Below are positions 26,842 to 32,000 of a stretch of 32,000 bases of DNA, piece after piece. A program made the position numbers and the translations under genes. The notes beneath the pieces were generated by a model that saw only the letters and a list, made by a program, of their open reading frames with translations, had not been told where the DNA came from and made no database searches. Positions within the stretch are counted from its first letter, which is position 1; each line of letters starts with the position of its first letter. The stretch spans positions 30,001-62,000 of the forward strand of contig CAZYLT010000011.1 in the NCBI GenBank assembly GCA_964648855.1. Direction: 5' to 3'. This DNA comes from an uncultured archaeon (GTDB taxonomy: Archaea > Asgardarchaeota > Thorarchaeia > Thorarchaeales > Thorarchaeaceae).

Positions 26842-28226
26842 AGACAGTCACATGGATTCTAAGAGCACTTTCAACGTTGGCATTCATTGCCATGTGCTGG
26901 ATTGTCTATAACATTATGTCTGGCTTATGGGATTGGAACGCTCCGTATGTCTTCATAGTCACGACCTTCAGATTGCTTTCAATGGTGCTGTTTTTTGTTG
27001 CGTCTATAGTTATTACCGGATTAGTAGCTGGCATCACAGGTTCCCAACCAGGCCCACTCGTAGTTGGACTGTACAATACACTGGTGTTGAGAGGATGGTA
27101 TCTGCAACCGTTTGGTGTCAGCGGTCCTTTCACCTCTGTGGAGGCAATATTTCAGAACTTCATTTTCAACTTGTTCAATATTTGGGAGATATTGCAGGTT
27201 AATACTTTCATCTTCATCTATTTCCTGTTCGCCGCACTGGGTGTCGCATTATTCCTCCAATCTCTCGTCAGAATGAATCACAAATTTGTTGGAGGGGCAT
27301 TTTTGGCTATTCAGGGAATCTTGGTGATGGCCGCATTTGCAGAATTTCTTGTTAGCCAAGGTATAATCACGGCACCACTCTTGGCCACTGCAGATATTCC
27401 CAACTTCGAGCTCTTTCCGACTGACATTCTTGTATTTCTCACCAGCAGCCCTCAAATACTTGCACTGGTTTCATTTGCATATCTAGAGTTCAGTTACCAG
27501 ATGCTGTATAGCGACTCGGTAGGAAAACCAGTTGAAGAACGAGAAGAGACCCTGAAGAAACAATTGCTGGCACTTCGACAAGAAACAAGGAAGCAAGATG
27601 AGATTGAACGTGATGAGAAGATCAGAACAACAGGAATGAGTAGCGTTTCTGGAGCCACCGCATTTTCTTTCTTGAGAGAGGCAATTGAACGCAAGGTTCT
27701 TGGTCGAAAAGATGCAATCGAGAATCTTGATGTAATCTCTGACGTAAGACGATTACAGATTTTTGTCGATGAATTGCTTAGTTCTGACCCCGAAGCAAAA
27801 AACAACTTGACTGCTTCTGCGGCAGCCCCCTCAGAAAGTTATGTCATCATATCTACCATACTGGGTTCTACAATTCGTTTTGCTGGTGTCATCATGCTAT
27901 CGTTTGTTTTCATGAATCCCGCATTCTTCATAGCTTTCTTCAACCTGCCTCCTGGCATACAAAACAGTGTCGAGATTGCACAGCCTGAAATGGTTGTCTT
28001 CTTCCTTCTACCTATCTTGTTATTGTTCCCCCTTGTTGCCATGATAATCGTATTGTTTACAAGAGATGAGGTAACCACCCCGGACAAGGAAAAAACTGAG
28101 GTCAAGAAGGAGAGCATAGTCCAGAAGCCGGCAAGAAGAAGGAAACGAGCCTCAAAGTCGAAAAGGGAACGCAAGCCTGAAGAAGATGAATGGGACCGAG
28201 CTCTTGAAAAAGAATTCAAACGATGA
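26838..28226 (+). CDS. Hypothetical multi-pass membrane protein
   Basis: About 8 hydrophobic segments, a central charged helical loop and a K/R/E-rich tail. TTG start overlaps the DUF58 stop (TTGA). Confidence 0.8.
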   Translation: MKTVTWILRALSTLAFIAMCWIVYNIMSGLWDWNAPYVFIVTTFRLLSMVLFFVASIVITGLVAGITGSQPGPLVVGLYNTLVLRGWYLQPFGVSGPFTSVEAIFQNFIFNLFNIWEILQVNTFIFIYFLFAALGVALFLQSLVRMNHKFVGGAFLAIQGILVMAAFAEFLVSQGIITAPLLATADIPNFELFPTDILVFLTSSPQILALVSFAYLEFSYQMLYSDSVGKPVEEREETLKKQLLALRQETRKQDEIERDEKIRTTGMSSVSGATAFSFLREAIERKVLGRKDAIENLDVISDVRRLQIFVDELLSSDPEAKNNLTASAAAPSESYVIISTILGSTIRFAGVIMLSFVFMNPAFFIAFFNLPPGIQNSVEIAQPEMVVFFLLPILLLFPLVAMIIVLFTRDEVTTPDKEKTEVKKESIVQKPARRRKRASKSKRERKPEEDEWDRALEKEFKR

Positions 28227-28247
28227 AGGAATGAGGTTCTATATTTG

Positions 28248-29216
28248 ATGCAGAGTGTTGTACTTACCCATGGTGATGTAGATGGCATAACAGCTGGCGC
28301 AATAGCCTTGCTCGTTTCTCCTGGTGCTACCTTCTACTTTACACGACCATCCCAAATACACATGGATTTATTTCGTATAGCAAAGGATCGTCCCGATAAG
28401 GTCCGTATAAGCGACATAGCAGTCAACAGGAAGCGATTTCCGGAAGTTATTCGGGCCCTTGATAGGTTTCCCAATCACACCGAAATTACTTGGATTGACC
28501 ATCATCCAATTCTTAGCAAACATAGGAAGGAATTGGAAAAACGAGTTGACTTCTTTCATGAGAAGGGCCCAAGCGCGGCTGAATTAGTTTACAAAAAATA
28601 CCAAGAGAAGCTTCCTGAACACGCCATCCATCTCGCACTATATGGAGCGATTGGTGATTTTTGTGATGACACCCCATTTGCAAGAGAACACCTGGAAGAC
28701 TATGACAAAAGAACACTCTACCTTGAAGCAGGGCTTTTAGTACAGGCTCTGCAAGAAATAGACTATCGCAGAGAATCCAAAGACCTTGTTCGAGAGCTTA
28801 CATTGGGAGTACCTCCCAGTTCTATGAACAACATCGTCGAGCTTGCAATGAAAGCCACAAGAATTGAACATGAGGTCTTCAATTATGTAAAACAAAACGC
28901 TCGGAAGATGGGTGAGGTAGGATATATCTTGGATATGCCAATTTCAGGATACCGTGGGAAATCCGCAAAATTTGCTGCATATGTCACACAATCCCGTGTA
29001 GGAATAAGCGCCAGGTCTTTCGCTGATGTGATAGATATGAGCCTGCGAAGAAGAGGTCCACGTGTTGATTTAAATAAGACTCTCATCGAGATTCTTTCTA
29101 GAATCGATGATGCACATGGTGGAGGGCATCCTGCAGCCTCCGGGGCGACGATGAAGAAGGAGGATTTTCCCGGATTCCTTCAGAAATTGACCGAGTATGT
29201 TTCCGAGAGGACCTAG
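28248..29216 (+). CDS. DHH/DHHA1-family phosphoesterase
   Basis: THGDVDG, ISD, WIDHH, GD and GGGHPAASG motifs. Confidence 0.92.
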   Translation: MQSVVLTHGDVDGITAGAIALLVSPGATFYFTRPSQIHMDLFRIAKDRPDKVRISDIAVNRKRFPEVIRALDRFPNHTEITWIDHHPILSKHRKELEKRVDFFHEKGPSAAELVYKKYQEKLPEHAIHLALYGAIGDFCDDTPFAREHLEDYDKRTLYLEAGLLVQALQEIDYRRESKDLVRELTLGVPPSSMNNIVELAMKATRIEHEVFNYVKQNARKMGEVGYILDMPISGYRGKSAKFAAYVTQSRVGISARSFADVIDMSLRRRGPRVDLNKTLIEILSRIDDAHGGGHPAASGATMKKEDFPGFLQKLTEYVSERT

Positions 29217-31426
29217 ACAAAGAAACTAATGGCGCTCCAAAGCACCCAAATGACAGTCACAATCGCTTCTCCGGCGACGACCCCACTCAAAATCCTACTT
29301 ACTCGCTCGTAGCGAGGCGCGTCTTTCGCAATACCACATGAGTCTATTTCATTCGAACCGACCGTCTCTTTACTCATTTGGTAGTTAATACATCCACCAA
29401 TGAGCATGGCCGCTGTTGTTGCCGGCGGAATCAAGAGGCCAACTGCAAGGCTCATTGGGCTCATGCCCCTTCTGTTTAGTTCTCTTCCTGCCAAGAATCC
29501 TATTGCTCCAAACACAAAGAGATAAGCAAAAGCGAGAAGAGGATGAAGATTAGGAAGTTGATCAAGACCTGGCATCTCCAGATTGCCCAGGCCTGCCAGA
29601 CTGATAACCAGGAATCCAAAAAGTTGTGCTGCAGGACTTGGAAAATCGGCTCCGCCAAACCCGTAGATAAGAAAAATCATATACGTAATCAATGACCCTA
29701 CTAACGTTCCAAGAAGGGCTCCAACAAACACTGCTTTGAAAATATCCCTCCCATTTACTCCAGTTAGGGTGCCCAGTTTCAAGTGAACCAATACTGCGAT
29801 GGCAGCATCCTGAAGTGCACCTAACATCGACATGAAAGTGATAATTGCTGCAAATGATATCCGGAACAAGAGAATTGCTGGAATTGCCACCATGTCGGAA
29901 AAATAGCCAGCAAGCATTCCGGTTTCACTTATTGATCTTGCTGTGAAATAAGCAGAAACCAGTGCTAGGGGTGAGCCAATTGCAAATAGGAGCCAATGTA
30001 TTTGCAAACCGGAAAATAGCCTTAACACCCCAAAAACAAGGATTCCAACTGTCATGAATATTAGCATAGAAGTGACAGCAACCCATGGGGGAATCTGCCC
30101 CCTTCTAGAATCCAAGTACGCTCTGGGGTCAGACACCATTGCACGAATCTCCTCTTTTATCGCCTTAATTGAGAATAACTGCCCTCTTACTCTCATGAGC
30201 CTATCAAGTTCAGAGGGCGAATGTGGGTCTTCTATGACTACACCCTGATATTCATTGAATTCCGTATTCTGCTCATTGACCGAACGTTCAAACTCATCGC
30301 GTGATAATTCGTCAGGACTTCTACTCGTGACAACATCCCCAAGAATAATAGATGCAAACACTCCTAGCGCAAGATAGAGAATCTCTGGTCTAGTGAGATG
30401 TTCTCCAAAGGGAATGAATGCAGCACCCTCAATAGCCAGCCATATGACTAGAGAGGCGAGGCTTCCCGCTGCCATGACTAAGACCCGCTTCCATCCAACA
30501 AAGAACCCAATGGCTGCAATTAATGGTGAATTGCTAATCCCTATCCAATCCGGGACAATGGGGTTCACTGCATGAGGAAAAGAGCTGAACGTGGCTGGTG
30601 CTTGTGTTCTAGAACTGACTACATACTCTGCAGCTCGTGTGGCCGCAGTCCAAGATGCCGCAGCTCCAAGGCCTGCTATTACCGCTGTCTTTGTGTCTAC
30701 ATCTGCACCAAGGCAATTGATGCACTCCGCCTGAGGCAAAACTTGCGGCCAGGGCTCATTCATGAATCTATCCCTAAATGGCACCATTAGAATCAGTCCA
30801 AATATCGCGCTCGCTCCTGTCACGAAGGCTATAAATTGATACGTAATTAGCGATGAAGCGATACTCGGCTGAAAAATGGCGATGGCCGGAAAAGTGATTA
30901 GAACGCCAATGGAAACCATGGACGAGCTATTGGCTATAGATACGACCACTGCATTTTCTTCCGGAGTGTATTTTCCAAACATTGTCAAAATCAAGAAGCC
31001 CAGTAATTCCGCCCCAACGAAATAGACAACACCCAGCTTCAGCGCGAGATAAATGCCCAAGAAAGTCATGACTACTCCAACTATAACGCCTGTAGTCAAC
31101 GCTCTCTTAGTCAAGGGAAACTTTGGCTTACTGGTAACAAAACCGTATATTGCCAAGCTACCTGCAGCCATTACAACAATCTCTGAAAACGCACCCAAGA
31201 CTAGCGATAATGAAACATAAAGCACTACTCCTAGGCACAGCAGACCTAGGCTCTTTTTATCAAGGGGCCCCGTAACCAAAGAACCGACCAGAAGCACAGA
31301 TTCGATCACTATTGTGGTGATGACACCATAGTCCGTCCTACCCTGAAAGAGAACGATAAGTGCATAGAAAAGCCCTGCAATATATAAACCTAGCAAGAGA
31401 GCTCGGTCTGACTTGGGCTTCTTCAT
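29213..31426 (-). CDS. OPT/YSL-family oligopeptide transporter
   Basis: LTKRAL..G, YLALKLG, EEN, ETG, FPSPAA and SGVVAGEAI motifs; many TM helices. Confidence 0.85.
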   Translation of the reverse strand: MKKPKSDRALLLGLYIAGLFYALIVLFQGRTDYGVITTIVIESVLLVGSLVTGPLDKKSLGLLCLGVVLYVSLSLVLGAFSEIVVMAAGSLAIYGFVTSKPKFPLTKRALTTGVIVGVVMTFLGIYLALKLGVVYFVGAELLGFLILTMFGKYTPEENAVVVSIANSSSMVSIGVLITFPAIAIFQPSIASSLITYQFIAFVTGASAIFGLILMVPFRDRFMNEPWPQVLPQAECINCLGADVDTKTAVIAGLGAAASWTAATRAAEYVVSSRTQAPATFSSFPHAVNPIVPDWIGISNSPLIAAIGFFVGWKRVLVMAAGSLASLVIWLAIEGAAFIPFGEHLTRPEILYLALGVFASIILGDVVTSRSPDELSRDEFERSVNEQNTEFNEYQGVVIEDPHSPSELDRLMRVRGQLFSIKAIKEEIRAMVSDPRAYLDSRRGQIPPWVAVTSMLIFMTVGILVFGVLRLFSGLQIHWLLFAIGSPLALVSAYFTARSISETGMLAGYFSDMVAIPAILLFRISFAAIITFMSMLGALQDAAIAVLVHLKLGTLTGVNGRDIFKAVFVGALLGTLVGSLITYMIFLIYGFGGADFPSPAAQLFGFLVISLAGLGNLEMPGLDQLPNLHPLLAFAYLFVFGAIGFLAGRELNRRGMSPMSLAVGLLIPPATTAAMLIGGCINYQMSKETVGSNEIDSCGIAKDAPRYERVSRILSGVVAGEAIVTVIWVLWSAISFFV

Positions 31427-31529
31427 CCTTTAATCCATCTCCAAGGAGAGCATGACACCAAACAGAACACACTCTCTGCTGCTGAATAGTCATATCATGA
31501 ATGGGCCAGAGTTCAGTGGTCAGATGTCG

Positions 31530-31841
31530 TTATTTATTGTTTATGCCCATCCGTAGTTTTTCCTCGACCTCCGATGGGGACATCCCGTGTATCACTAACG
31601 TTTTCTCCTTCGATAGATGACCTGAAGCAATGACAACCTCACTACTAGAAACTCCCAAGAGATTGGACAGTCTTTTTACCAGCTCTGCATTGGCTTTTCC
31701 TTTTCGGGGTGTACTCCTAAGATTAAGAACGATAAGGTCTTCGGCCATTTCTCGAACGAGATTTTCTTCGTTCGAGTTGGGTCTCACGACAATGCGCAGG
31801 AATGTTCCCGTGTCAGCTTCCCAAATGGTTTTATCATTCAT
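31530..31841 (-). CDS. DUF167 (YggU/UPF0235) family protein
   Basis: VRPNS, PRKGKANAELVKRLS and IASGHLSKEK motifs. Start revised to ATG 31841. Confidence 0.9.
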   Translation of the reverse strand: MNDKTIWEADTGTFLRIVVRPNSNEENLVREMAEDLIVLNLRSTPRKGKANAELVKRLSNLLGVSSSEVVIASGHLSKEKTLVIHGMSPSEVEEKLRMGINNK

Positions 31842-31956
31842 ATCTCTCAAATCATACTTGGAATATTTGAATCTGTTCCGTCGTGAATTGTTTTTTATAC
31901 AATACCTGCGGCTACAACTACGGAATTGAACAGATATTCTATGGAGTAAATTCGAA

Positions 31957-32000
31957 ATGTCTGATCCTATTATGGAAGCATACACACAAGCATATGAAGC
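31957..32000 (+). CDS. Possible 5' end of a gene continuing beyond the window
   Basis: GGAG followed by ATG and an open frame MSDPIMEAYTQAYE to the window end; divergent from DUF167. Confidence 0.4.
   Translation, partial: MSDPIMEAYTQAYE

Overview
Compact archaeal housekeeping region. The gene content (L38e, stand-alone L40e, Alba, NusA-like, PAC2, Nop2-Nip7, SD-led genes with many TTG/GTG starts) fits an Asgard archaeon, possibly Thorarchaeia-like; the taxonomy is inference. The left half holds a KaiC/RAD55-like ATPase remnant, pth2, truD, a NusA-like gene, alba, a beta-CASP RNase and an rpl40e - tRNA-Val(CAC) - rpl38e cluster. The ORF track misses rpl40e, and the tRNA carries a 30-nt D-arm intron. 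Next come sucCD, a Hel308/Ski2-like helicase that has lost its ATPase motifs and gained a SWIM finger, a frameshifted PRC-barrel gene, PAC2, Nip7, Nop2, a cytosine deaminase, thrC, CYTH and HD genes. The right half holds a ~12.8 kb co-oriented cluster: a 2057-aa membrane-anchored surface protein (transglutaminase-like domain lacking the Cys-His-Asp triad plus ~15 Ig-like repeats), DUF4129, DUF4350, MoxR AAA+, DUF58/VWA, an unknown multi-pass membrane protein and a DHH phosphoesterase. An OPT transporter and DUF167 follow on the opposite strand. The best candidates for undescribed biology are the MoxR-coupled pseudo-transglutaminase surface system and the pseudo-helicase-SWIM protein. No CRISPR, rRNA or mobile element was seen. 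All family calls are by motif recognition, with no database search.
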